DNA from: Candidatus Poribacteria bacterium
GTDB lineage: Bacteria; Poribacteria; WGA-4E; WGA-3G
Assembly (NCBI GenBank): GCA_965215265.1
Contig: OZ244048.1
Coordinates: 1,376,001 to 1,440,000 of the forward strand
DNA: 64,000 nucleotides
Direction: 5' to 3'
In this document: piece after piece, positions 10,066 to 19,365 of the stretch
Position numbering within the stretch: the first letter of the stretch is position 1
Layout of the letters: each line of letters starts with the position of its first letter
The notes under the pieces: model-generated
Database searches by the model: none
What the model was told of the DNA's origin: nothing
Seen by the model: only the letters and a program-made list of their open reading frames with translations
Made by a program: the position numbers and the translations under genes

Positions 10066-10424
10066 TTTTTTGTATCCTTCAGTGCCATCAACGCTTATGA
10101 TTTTGATGGCTCGTGTATAAATCTCGTTTTTTTGTATATCTCCGTACCATCAACGTCTCTGTTTTGATGAGTCGTGTGTTGGCAGGATAGGTATCTTTCT
10201 CTGTCCATGAGAGAAGATAACCTTTTACCTGCCAATCTATAGATAAATCTCGCCAGAGCCTACTTAGGCATAGTCTTTTGAAGTCAAAGCATCAGAAGGC
10301 TCCGACGAGATTTGTAAAGTTATTAACATTGCAGCAGCCTTGTATCGGGCTCCTGTAGACGAAAGAACGAGATTTGTAAATGTTTTATCAAAACAAACGC
10401 TCTTATTGTGCTGCACTATACGAA
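10066..10424. repeat. Family-1 and family-2 repeat cluster
   Basis: Same modules as at the other loci. Confidence 0.85.
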
Positions 10425-11234
10425 TTATGTATTGCCAAGTTGTTTTGAACGTTCTGTAGCGGCAAGGATAGCTTCCGTAACGGTGGCACGTAATCGCCCT
10501 TTTTCGAGTGCATGGAGTCCAGCTGCGGTTGTTCCGCCGGGTGTCGTCACACGATTTTTAAGAACGGCTGGATGTTCATCCAGTTGGTCTAGCATCTGTG
10601 CGGTTCCTAAGACTGTATATGTTGCTAACTGTTGTGCAGCATTCCGGGGTAATCCGACCTGTACACCGGCATCTGCTAAAGCCTCTATAAAGAGTGCGAC
10701 GTAGGCGGGTCCGCTGCCGCTGACACCAGTTACAGCGTTGAGATGTTGTTCATCCATAACTAAAGTAGTGCCACAAGCGTTGAAGAGTTCCAAGGTTATC
10801 TGAATATGAGTTTCATCTGTGCAACTGCCTTTTGCGAGTACAGATACAGCGGAACGTGCGGCTGCGGCGATGTTCGGCATAACGCGAACGATAGGGGGCG
10901 TTGCTTCAAAGTAAGATTCAAGCGTTGCAGTTGAAACGCCAGCAGCGATACTAATTACCCATTGCGGTGATAAAAGGTTTTTCGCTACCTGAGGCAGAAT
11001 GTGTGGCACTGCTCCGGGCGGTACTGCACAGAGAATCGCGTCTGTGTTTTCGAGGAGTTCGGCGATATTTGATACGGCTTTCACATTCTGCTCCTCGACA
11101 AGTTGCGCGACAAGATTCTTATCAATATCCGTAACCCAAATCTGATTTTCAGGGAGCAGGGTGCCGGCGACATTTCTCACGATAACGCCGCCCATTTTTC
11201 CGATACCGATGACTCCCAATTTAAAGTTGTTCAT
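10425..11234 (-). CDS. proC: Pyrroline-5-carboxylate reductase
   Basis: IGIGKMG, ISIAAGV, RVMPN, VSGSGPAY and VTTPGGTT motifs. Confidence 0.97.
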   Translation of the reverse strand: MNNFKLGVIGIGKMGGVIVRNVAGTLLPENQIWVTDIDKNLVAQLVEEQNVKAVSNIAELLENTDAILCAVPPGAVPHILPQVAKNLLSPQWVISIAAGVSTATLESYFEATPPIVRVMPNIAAAARSAVSVLAKGSCTDETHIQITLELFNACGTTLVMDEQHLNAVTGVSGSGPAYVALFIEALADAGVQVGLPRNAAQQLATYTVLGTAQMLDQLDEHPAVLKNRVTTPGGTTAAGLHALEKGRLRATVTEAILAATERSKQLGNT

Positions 11235-11241
11235 CTTTTTG

Positions 11242-11741
11242 TTTTTTTGTATATCTCCGTACCATCAACGCTTATGCTTTTGCTAACTCGTGTGTAAATC
11301 TCGTCGGAGATTCCTTAGGTTATGTCTTTAAAAATCTAAACATCAGAACCCTCCCAGTGGGTGGCAGGTGGCGGGGTTCGGTTATCTTTTCACTCCTTGC
11401 AGGAGTGAAAAAGAACCTATAGGTGGCAGGTAAAAGGTAATCTTATCTCTCCTGAAAGGAGAGATAAAGAATACCTATCCTGCCATACCTTATCCCCGCC
11501 ATCTATAGATAAAAGGTAATCTTCTCTCATGGACAGAGAAAGAATACCTATCCTGCCACTGGCGAGATTTGTAAAGTTATTAACATTGCAGCAGCCTTGT
11601 ATCGGGCTGAAATATACGAAAGAACGAGATTTTCACAGATTTTTACAAAACATAGAGCGTCATTGGGCACCTATAGGCGAAAGAACGAGATTTGTGCTAA
11701 GGTTTTCATTAAATCCGTCTTTGTTCTGCTGCACTATACTA
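11242..11741. repeat. Family-1 unit containing three nested family-2 hairpin modules
   Basis: GTGGCAGGTAAAAGGTAATCTT-hairpin-AAGAATACCTATCCTGCCA modules lie between the AAATCTCG and CGAGATTT arms. Confidence 0.85.
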
Positions 11742-12488
11742 AAGAAAGATTGCCCGTCCGATTCTTACTAAGTTGGCGCCCTCTTCAATCGCTATTTCAA
11801 AGTCGTTTGTCATTCCCATAGAGAGGTATCGCATGATAACGTCAGGAAATTGCTGTGCTTCTATCTTCTCGGCGACGGTTCTCAACAAAGCGAAAGCCTT
11901 GCGATTTGTCGCTGGCGGAGCGTCTAACTGTCCGATTGTCATCAACCCAAGGATGCGCACGGCTGGATATCCTAAAGATTGTTCAATAAACCGGGGTACA
12001 TCTGCTGCATGTACACCATATTTACTTGCCTCACCGGTAGTATTTACCTGAATTAAAACATCTGTCTGCTGCCGGGGCGCTTCGGACCGACGTGCTATTT
12101 CTGCGAAAAGGCGCACACTGTCCACTGAATGAATCAGCGAAAACATCTGGAGTGCGGTTTTCACCTTATTGCGCTGTAAATGTCCGATAAGGTGCCAACG
12201 ACACGTTTTATCACCGACTGCATGGTACTTCTGTTGTGCTTCCTGCACCCGGTTTTCACCGATATTGGCAACCCCTGCAGCGATGGCTGTCTCGATCTCC
12301 ATGACGGAACGTCCTTTGGTGACTGCGACGAGCGCTATCGTATCAGGTGAGCGGCCGCTTCGTTCCGCGGCAGCTGCCAATCGTTCGTTCACTCTGGAAA
12401 GGTTTTCCGCAATTTTTTTTGCGTGCTCCGTGCAAGAAACCGGTTGTGTTGCTAAAATAGAATTGTTCGTATCTCTTAGTACCATCAA
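11739..12488 (-). CDS. yggS: PLP homeostasis protein YggS
   Basis: LVAVTK, GENRVQEA, WHLIGHLQRNK, LSMGMTNDF and VRIGRAIF motifs; exact start uncertain because it overlaps a repeat. Confidence 0.95.
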   Translation of the reverse strand: MMVLRDTNNSILATQPVSCTEHAKKIAENLSRVNERLAAAAERSGRSPDTIALVAVTKGRSVMEIETAIAAGVANIGENRVQEAQQKYHAVGDKTCRWHLIGHLQRNKVKTALQMFSLIHSVDSVRLFAEIARRSEAPRQQTDVLIQVNTTGEASKYGVHAADVPRFIEQSLGYPAVRILGLMTIGQLDAPPATNRKAFALLRTVAEKIEAQQFPDVIMRYLSMGMTNDFEIAIEEGANLVRIGRAIFL

Positions 12489-12615
12489 GATTATGTATTG
12501 TTAATAACTGTATAAATCTCGTAGTAGGTTCCTTAGGTATACCTAAACGGCTCAGACGAGGTTTGTGCTAAGGTTTACATCACATCAGGCGGTGGCGTGC
12601 TGCCATAGACGAAAA
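12466..12615. repeat. Family-1 repeat unit
   Basis: TTCGTATCTCTTAGTACCATCAAG...AAATCTCG...CGAGGTTT...GTGCTGCCATAGACGAAA. Confidence 0.8.
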
Positions 12616-12675
12616 ATTGGCGTCTCCTGTCCTCAGGGCACCCACCTTTCATCTATCACCTATTCTCCGTGGTGT

Positions 12676-13002
12676 CTATGCATTATCCTCGCTTGAAGGC
12701 TCAGTTGTTTCTGATGTCCACAACGTTTTTTGGATGTCATCTGGCGTTTGCTCATTGATAAGCCTTTGGCTGTTGAACGAAAACAGGATACCGATAACTG
12801 CCATGAGTACTGCCAAGCTAACGATACCTATGCCGACTGTCAGGGTATGTGTAGCTTCCGTGTAGATCTGTGTAACTTGAACTGCAGTTGTTGGTTCTGA
12901 TAAGGTTTTCTGATATTTTGCAGGATAGATGCCGCCCAGAACAATGAAAATGAGTCCTATGATACCTATAACTATTGAAAGAATTAGAAATAGAAACCTC
13001 AT
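12676..13002 (-). CDS. Hypothetical two-TM membrane protein
   Basis: Two hydrophobic helices; GAGG upstream. Confidence 0.6.
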   Translation of the reverse strand: MRFLFLILSIVIGIIGLIFIVLGGIYPAKYQKTLSEPTTAVQVTQIYTEATHTLTVGIGIVSLAVLMAVIGILFSFNSQRLINEQTPDDIQKTLWTSETTEPSSEDNA

Positions 13003-13078
13003 TTCATCGGGGCCTCACTGCCGAAAATTAAAAACATTAATTTAATGATACCACATTTATGAAGAGAATGCAAAAATT

Positions 13079-13915
13079 TTATGGTTTTTTGGTTTGGAGC
13101 ATAATAAAGGAGACCATTCGGCCAGTTTGTCCGGTTGATGCGCGATGTGAATAAAACATTTCTGTGCAACAAGCAGTACAAAATGGCGAGACGGAAATTG
13201 TCGACGGTGGCACCCCATACGCCACCAATTGGAGGATGTTAGCAGTTTGCAGACTTAGATGTGTCCCCTTCCGCACAGTTTTCCCAAAGTGTGCCTCAAA
13301 CTGAAAGAGGAGCTCTGGACTTACGGTATAGCAACACTTCTGGATAGATGGACCTAAATGGATGAGACAATGGTCGGCGGCAGTCCCGAGCTGTGCTTTC
13401 ATACGCGATATGACGTTTTGTACGATACGTCCTAAAGTGCCGCGCCAACCTGCATGCACAATACCAATAGCAGGCGTGACTGTATCTAAGATGAAGATAG
13501 GTACGCAATCTGCAGTAAAAATTCCTAACCCAAGCCTGTGCCGTGCTGTAATGAGGGCATCCGCCGCTTGGATGTCATCGCTTACCAGTTCTCCACTGAA
13601 ACATCCAAAGGGCAAATACGAATCGCCGGGAATATCCTCTGGTGCCCCACACAATTTTTCAGTTGATAAAGGTTCTACATCTACATTAATAACACAGTTA
13701 CTATGAATTTGATGGCAGTAAACAAACGGTGCGAATCCGGTCCGCCGCAAAAAAACGTGCCGGTTGCTCGCGACAGCGTCCGGCTCATCACCTACGTGCG
13801 ACGCGAGATTCAGTGACGTATAAGGTGAGCGGCTGGTTCCTCCGTGGCGTAGGCTTATCCCTGCTTTCACGAGTCCTGTAGACTCAAGTTGATAAATCGG
13901 GTGAAAAATTTCCAT
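13079..13915 (-). CDS. pgeF: Polyphenol oxidase / purine nucleoside phosphorylase YfiH (PgeF) family
   Basis: SLNLASHVGD, HQIHS, ADALIT, TADCVPI, HAGWRG and GPSI motifs. Confidence 0.93.
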   Translation of the reverse strand: MEIFHPIYQLESTGLVKAGISLRHGGTSRSPYTSLNLASHVGDEPDAVASNRHVFLRRTGFAPFVYCHQIHSNCVINVDVEPLSTEKLCGAPEDIPGDSYLPFGCFSGELVSDDIQAADALITARHRLGLGIFTADCVPIFILDTVTPAIGIVHAGWRGTLGRIVQNVISRMKAQLGTAADHCLIHLGPSIQKCCYTVSPELLFQFEAHFGKTVRKGTHLSLQTANILQLVAYGVPPSTISVSPFCTACCTEMFYSHRASTGQTGRMVSFIMLQTKKP

Positions 13916-13937
13916 GAATCTTTTTCCGTCTAACAGG

Positions 13938-14264
13938 TCAAGATTTGTAATCTTCCCGGGGTGGACTAAAAATATCTAACGCAGCAGCAGGCTCGTTAAA
14001 CGTTCTTGCACTGTGCTTTGCATTGGAAGGAATTAGGTAGGCATCCCCTTGTTTGAGTATCTGACTCTCTCCATCAATGGACAACTCAAATGTTCCTTCC
14101 AGCACCATGCCCATCTGTTCATGATAGTGGCTATGTTCCGCCACCACACTGTTGGGTTGAAGATTGACGAAGGACATCATCAACTTCTCGCCGTGAAGGG
14201 TACGAATGGTAGCACCATCAAAAACAGGTTTTTCGGGCTGCTCATCAATCTTATAAAAAGGCAT
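13938..14264 (-). CDS. Cupin domain protein
   Basis: HSHYHEQ...IPSNAKH cupin motif and DIFSPPREDY. Confidence 0.9.
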   Translation of the reverse strand: MPFYKIDEQPEKPVFDGATIRTLHGEKLMMSFVNLQPNSVVAEHSHYHEQMGMVLEGTFELSIDGESQILKQGDAYLIPSNAKHSARTFNEPAAALDIFSPPREDYKS

Positions 14265-14858
14265 AAGTTCTCATCCACTCCTTTGAATCTATGCGCGAAC
14301 CTCGCCGCAATCCGATGTTATGTGCCTATATGCTAATTTCTTTAACCGAAAAATGATGCGAGAATTAGGCGTAACGGTTATAGAGCGCTCTGCCCCTGAT
14401 CCCATCGTTAAAATGATAACAGATTTCAGGAAAAGAGTCAACCCCAAAATATCAACCGATTTAGCTGGATGGCTTGTCGGCAATGTGTCAGACGTGACGA
14501 AAATCACGGCATATCGCAGGCATAGGTGAGAAACGTTGTTGAACTTGTGGTGCCGATTGGAAGCACGAGGTTCATTCATAATCTGTGTGCGATGTTTGGT
14601 GTTGGGTGTCTGAATCAGGATTTGCAGGATTTCCGGATGGGCAGCTGATGCGGAGATTTGCGGGATGGAAATCTCAGGGGTGCTCGGGTGTGGTTAGGAA
14701 ACCACACCTACGAGAAGGGGAGCCGATAAGCATCTCTATTGCAAAGGGTCTCCGGGGAAAAGCAATTGGGTGGTTCACGCGATGTGGTGTCAAGGTGGAT
14801 GGCATTTTAAATCGTTGCGATAGGCCACAGTGCCTCATTATTTCGTTAATATCCGCTT

Positions 14859-15614
14859 TCATGGAAAGGGGATATCCGGAGAAGGCGGTTGCACGTAAAG
14901 TACTCTCCTGCAGCTTGAACAGTGAACGAATTTCTCGTATTTTTGTGCGTCCTTGACTGTTTGCGGCTGGATTGCGATGCGGCAGCTGCCACAGATGGCC
15001 TCCGTCTCTGTAACAAGCCCCAAGGCAACAAAATCAGTTTTCTGCAGGTCAACCCATCTATGGTATTGGTTACTAAAACGTTCCTCTATTTTGGGTAGAA
15101 ATTCTCTGCGCTCCTTCAATTTTTGGGTTAATTGTGCTTCTATTGTCTTCCGTTCTGCTTCGAGGCTGGCTTTTTTCTGTTCATTTTCCTTATGAATTCG
15201 GTTTGCTTCAGCCTCAAGTTTGTCTAATGCAGCTTTAAGCCGGTCGCTATCTTCCATTGCTTCTAAAATTAGGTCTTCAGCTTCTGCATCTTTCAGGTTT
15301 AGGAAGTCAATTTGGTTTTCCAAAGCACGATACGCTTCGTTTGATTTGACTTCGCGCTGCTCTGTCCTATATTTTTCCCGTTGCTGGGCGTTCATTTCGA
15401 TTTCAGCGTTCTTGGAACGCTGCACTTTCTCTGATTCTGCGAGTTCTGCAGAGGTTACTGCGATGTCCTTTTTATATTTAGCGGCAGCAGTCTCTAACTC
15501 TTGAATGTAGGGTGGAATCTCTTGGAGGCGTTTGTGGATTGACAACAGTTCCCTGTCGCGTTCTTGGAGTTGATAGAGCAGGGCTAGTTGTTGCCGTAGA
15601 GATGGGTTCGCCAT
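14859..15614 (-). CDS. Coiled-coil protein with C4 zinc ribbon (DUF164/CT398-like)
   Basis: Long coiled coil followed by CGSC...CSSCRRVLY. Confidence 0.88.
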   Translation of the reverse strand: MANPSLRQQLALLYQLQERDRELLSIHKRLQEIPPYIQELETAAAKYKKDIAVTSAELAESEKVQRSKNAEIEMNAQQREKYRTEQREVKSNEAYRALENQIDFLNLKDAEAEDLILEAMEDSDRLKAALDKLEAEANRIHKENEQKKASLEAERKTIEAQLTQKLKERREFLPKIEERFSNQYHRWVDLQKTDFVALGLVTETEAICGSCRIAIQPQTVKDAQKYEKFVHCSSCRRVLYVQPPSPDIPFP

Positions 15615-16435
15615 TATATTTCAGTCTCCTTTTCGACAAGATAAGCGAAGAAAATGCCGAGTTGATATAGCACAAAGAGCGGTAGCGCCATCAAAAGCAT
15701 TGAGCCAGGATCTGCTGGCGTTAATAGTGCTGACATGACACAGATGCCTAACAGTGCGTAACGCTGCTTTTCCCGGAAGCCTCGGGAATCAATAATGCCA
15801 ATCCGGGCGAGAAATGCCATCACAATTGGTAACTCAAAAGCAATGCCGAACCCCAGAATCAGCCGAGTGACAAAGGTCACGTATTTTTCCAAATCCCACC
15901 GGTTAGGTAACTCTGGCAGCAGCTGCGCTGAGAATTGCAACACCACTGGCGTAACGATGAAGTACGCGAAAACGGCACCAAAAATAAAGAAGATTACAAT
16001 AATGATAAAAAGCGGGATGCCGAATTTGCGTTCTTGTTGGTTCAGCGCTGGAAACACAAAAGCCCATACCTGATAGAGGATTATCGGCAAAGCGAGAACG
16101 ATGCCAGTCGTAATGCCGAGCCTCAAGTAAGCCATTATCCCTTCAAGCGGTCCTACCTTAAACAGTTCAGCGTCGATATCTGATGTCCCAGCGCGTAAAG
16201 AGAGCGCGAAGAACCCCATTATTGATGCCTCTGTCCCCACTATTGCCTCAATGGTTGTAGCCAGCAGATTGTTAATCGAAGTTTTGAGCGGAAACAGAAT
16301 GACCTTTTCAATGGGTTTACTAAAAGAGAGACTCAGAACCGTGAAAACACCGATTGCGCTGGCTGACACAATAATGCGCCTGCGCAGCTCCTCAAGGTGC
16401 TCCCAAAAAGTCATTGCTACATCGTCTGGTGCCAT
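15614..16435 (-). CDS. tatC: Twin-arginine translocase TatC
   Basis: MTFWEHLEELRRRI, YQVWAFVFPAL, FELP and LTPADP motifs. Confidence 0.97.
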   Translation of the reverse strand: MAPDDVAMTFWEHLEELRRRIIVSASAIGVFTVLSLSFSKPIEKVILFPLKTSINNLLATTIEAIVGTEASIMGFFALSLRAGTSDIDAELFKVGPLEGIMAYLRLGITTGIVLALPIILYQVWAFVFPALNQQERKFGIPLFIIIVIFFIFGAVFAYFIVTPVVLQFSAQLLPELPNRWDLEKYVTFVTRLILGFGIAFELPIVMAFLARIGIIDSRGFREKQRYALLGICVMSALLTPADPGSMLLMALPLFVLYQLGIFFAYLVEKETEI

Positions 16436-16449
16436 AGTCTCCTTGCTAG

Positions 16450-16677
16450 TTACGAGGATTCGGGCGGTTTCGTCCGTCTCGAAACTGTTTCTGTGTTAGA
16501 ATTCTTCTCGGGTTCATTGGCTGCCCGTGTCAATTCATCTTGGAGCTCGCTGCCGGCGCTCTTAAATTCTCGAATTGCCTTCCCTAAAGAACGTCCCATT
16601 TCCGGTAGTTTTTTCGGGCCAAAGATTACGAGTGCAATTGCCAGGATAATAAGAATCTCCATTCCGCCTAACCCCAT
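16450..16677 (-). CDS. tatA: Twin-arginine translocase TatA
   Basis: MGLGGMEILIILAIALVIFGPKKLPEMGRSLGKAIREFK; AGGAGG RBS. Confidence 0.95.
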   Translation of the reverse strand: MGLGGMEILIILAIALVIFGPKKLPEMGRSLGKAIREFKSAGSELQDELTRAANEPEKNSNTETVSRRTKPPESS

Positions 16678-17003
16678 CTTCTTGATTCCTCCTTTGGTGA
16701 ATAGTGTCGTCGATAATAGACTAGTCTTGTTACCTAAGGTGCAACAGTCAGACAAGCCCCCAACGTGACCTAAATCATTATACCACATAGTTATCCACTT
16801 CGCAACTAAAAATCCGAAAAAAGGTTGAACTGATTTGCCTAAAGTGGTATGATATATCGCGATGCTTGGATTTTTCTTACAGTTGGAGCCTGTTTATATG
16901 GTGCTTTAAAGCAGTAACGACGTGTGGCGTTCGATTTCCTCAGTGACTTTTTGAAAGGTCTACGTGCTATTTCTAAATCAAAGTCCGTATGTCAGCTGAT
17001 ACC

Positions 17004-18194
17004 TTAGCGGCGCGGGAAAAACGTATCAATACCGGCATCAATATCCTCAATAGGATGGCCGTATTGTTGTTGGTAACTGTCGTGAATTTCACGTTCTGTT
17101 TGAGTGAGTTCTGTCAACGGGAAAGTGAGGGTTTCTCGAGAACGTTTGCTTGATTCGCCCATCGCAATGTTCATCTCTTGGTCTTGCCTACCGCGCATTG
17201 CGCCGTACTCCGGTTGCATGTCATGAAGAACGGCTGTAGCGATGCTGAGCAATTCATCGGCTACAGCAATCTGCCCCTCGGAAAGAGGATAGTGCTTGAG
17301 CGGGTTTTCCCATATTACTGTCTGGTGGGGGAGTTCTAAGGTAATTTTCTCCAGTACAGTCACACCGTCCACATCAATTGTCGTACGTTGGGGCTGGTAA
17401 GCGATGCCTTTTGCCCCGGACTCCAGTGCATCCGTAGGTGTTACATAGATGTCTTCACCTGCGATGGTACCTTTGCTCCCATCAATCTGGGAGATGCCAG
17501 TTTGCCCCCTGCCTAAGGAACGGGCGTGTATAACGTTAGAATAGACCATCAGTGCTGTTGCACAATTATCAAATTCAATGAACCCGAGGCTCCAATTTTC
17601 CTGGGTGTGATGCCGTTTCATCCGGTCGATAATCGGAATGACTGAGCTGGTCTGCGTGATGCCAAGTATGGACATCGGTTCGCCCCCGGCACGAAGCCTC
17701 AGCATGCTCATGCCATGATAACCGCCTTCATAAAAAATCCGGTAGATGCGGGCGACCTCGCCAATGACATCTGCAGCAATAACCGCTGAGAGGAAGCGTT
17801 CACGTGGTGCGCGGTAGTAATTCTCTGCGACTTCCAACTTGACGTTATTCGTGTTAGCACGCGCAATCATTAAATCAGTCGTCGGTAACGTCACAGCGAT
17901 GGGCGTTTCACACAGAATATGAACACCGGCATCAGCCATGAAGCATGCAATCGCATGATGTGCAACACCCGGAACAGTTATATCAACGACATCAAGTTCT
18001 TCATGTGCCACCAGGTCCCGGACGTGCGTGTAAGGTGTTGCACCGTATTGATTCGCGTAACGAACGGCTGTCTCTTCATCTATGTCGCAAATCGCGACCA
18101 GGTTGTAGACATCTTTGAGTTTTGCAATAACCGGCAGATGTGCACCACCGCCGCGCCGTCCTGCACCAATCAAAGCAATATTGAGTTTCGACAT
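17004..18194 (-). CDS. Gfo/Idh/MocA family oxidoreductase
   Basis: IALIGAGRRG Rossmann motif, HILCETP and AENY; GGAGG upstream of ATG 18194. Confidence 0.9.
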   Translation of the reverse strand: MSKLNIALIGAGRRGGGAHLPVIAKLKDVYNLVAICDIDEETAVRYANQYGATPYTHVRDLVAHEELDVVDITVPGVAHHAIACFMADAGVHILCETPIAVTLPTTDLMIARANTNNVKLEVAENYYRAPRERFLSAVIAADVIGEVARIYRIFYEGGYHGMSMLRLRAGGEPMSILGITQTSSVIPIIDRMKRHHTQENWSLGFIEFDNCATALMVYSNVIHARSLGRGQTGISQIDGSKGTIAGEDIYVTPTDALESGAKGIAYQPQRTTIDVDGVTVLEKITLELPHQTVIWENPLKHYPLSEGQIAVADELLSIATAVLHDMQPEYGAMRGRQDQEMNIAMGESSKRSRETLTFPLTELTQTEREIHDSYQQQYGHPIEDIDAGIDTFFPRR

Positions 18195-18450
18195 AAAAGG
18201 CCTCCTAATCCATGGAACACACCGTTTGATGAAGTTAGAAAAAATAGGCGACATCTACTCATCCAGATAACGTGTTTTACTGCAACCCGATGTGAAGCGG
18301 TATTTAACATATATAGGATACAGCGCGACACGTGTTTTTAAAATAGCAGCTGCGCTATAAACTGTCAATAAAATTTTTTGTACTCACTTACCCCCATTTT
18401 TTTCTGAGAGTCGTCTGTGTGTGATATTGTTACGGTTGTCTGTGAGAAAA

Positions 18451-18580
18451 GTGGCAGGATAGGTATTCTTTGTCTGTCCTGAAGGACAGTGGCGAGATAG
18501 GTATCTCGCCACCCATTGGGATAACCTTTTACCTGCCACCCACTGGGCAGCCTGGATTGGGCACCTGTAGACAAACAAAA
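18451..18580. repeat. Family-2 repeat plus a family-1 right end
   Basis: GTGGCAGGATAGGTATTCTT...ATAACCTTTTACCTGCCACCCACTGGG. Confidence 0.75.
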
Positions 18581-18597
18581 AATCCGTGAGAAAGGGC

Positions 18598-18626
18598 TTG
18601 ACAATTCGGCAAAAATTTTCTATACT
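18598..18626 (+). promoter_or_regulatory. sigma70-type promoter of the toxin-antitoxin/MTase locus
   Basis: TTGACA-17 bp-TATACT. Confidence 0.6.
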
Positions 18627-18689
18627 TGAGATATGCAAAGTCGCACCAGCGAGATACTCGTCTATACTACGCCAAGCGGACTTAGTCCT

Positions 18690-18976
18690 TATTGGCAATG
18701 ATACACGCGGATTAAAGATGAAAAGGTGAAGATAAATATCTCTCATAGAATTGGACTTTACGAGCAGGTAACTTTGGCGATTTCAAGCAACTGAGCGCGG
18801 TTTTATATGAATGGAGAATCTACTACGTCCCTGGATACCGGGTTTATTTCGGCGTGTTTCGAACCACAGTTATTCTGCTTTGTGGCGGAACTAAACGCAC
18901 ACAACAGCAAGACATTGCCAGAACACAAAACTATTGGAACGACTTCTTAGAACACAGGAAAGAACAAGGAGAATGA
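18690..18976 (+). pseudogene. RelE/HigB-type addiction-module toxin, frameshifted
   Basis: Manual translation gives DEKVKINISHRI, then a frame change to LRAGNFGDFKQL..LYEWRIYYVPGYRVYFG..VILLCGGTKRTQQQDIARTQNYW. Confidence 0.75.
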
Positions 18977-19365
18977 ATACCAAAACCAAGCTTCAGAAGT
19001 GCACAGTGCCTTTCAATCCCCCTCTTCTTAAAGAGCTTGCTGAACCGGGGTTTGCCAAAGGTTATCTGGAAGCTGCATGAGCCGATTTTGACAAGGATGG
19101 GAACATTGAAAGACTATTGCACGCCATAAAAGAGGTAGCAGAAGCAAAAGGCGGAATTGCTTTCCTTGCTGCATGGACACAACTCAGTTATCAGAATCTT
19201 GCTTATCTTCTTCGTGTCAAACATCCATCGCAATTAGATAAAAGGTTAGATATTCTCTCAGGGGTAAAGGATTACTTCCGCACACATCCGGCTGAGGAAA
19301 TGCGTTCTGTGGCACATGAAAAATCTGGAGATTCGGAGGAACACGATGAAAATCAGCCCTGTTAA
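18973..19365 (+). pseudogene. Addiction-module antitoxin (HTH) with internal TGA at 19078-19080
   Basis: ELAEPGFAKGYLEAA*ADFDKDGNIERLLHAIKEVAEAKGGIAFLA; AGGAG RBS; follows the toxin remnant. Confidence 0.75.

Noticed and set aside
14280-14850. rnpB or another ncRNA downstream of the zinc-ribbon gene; short ORFs 14289-14579 and 14320-14529
   Set aside because: No RNase P conserved motifs seen and no recognisable protein family
19078-19080. TGA in the antitoxin as selenocysteine
   Set aside because: Not at a redox Cys position, no evident SECIS hairpin, and the neighbouring toxin is also broken
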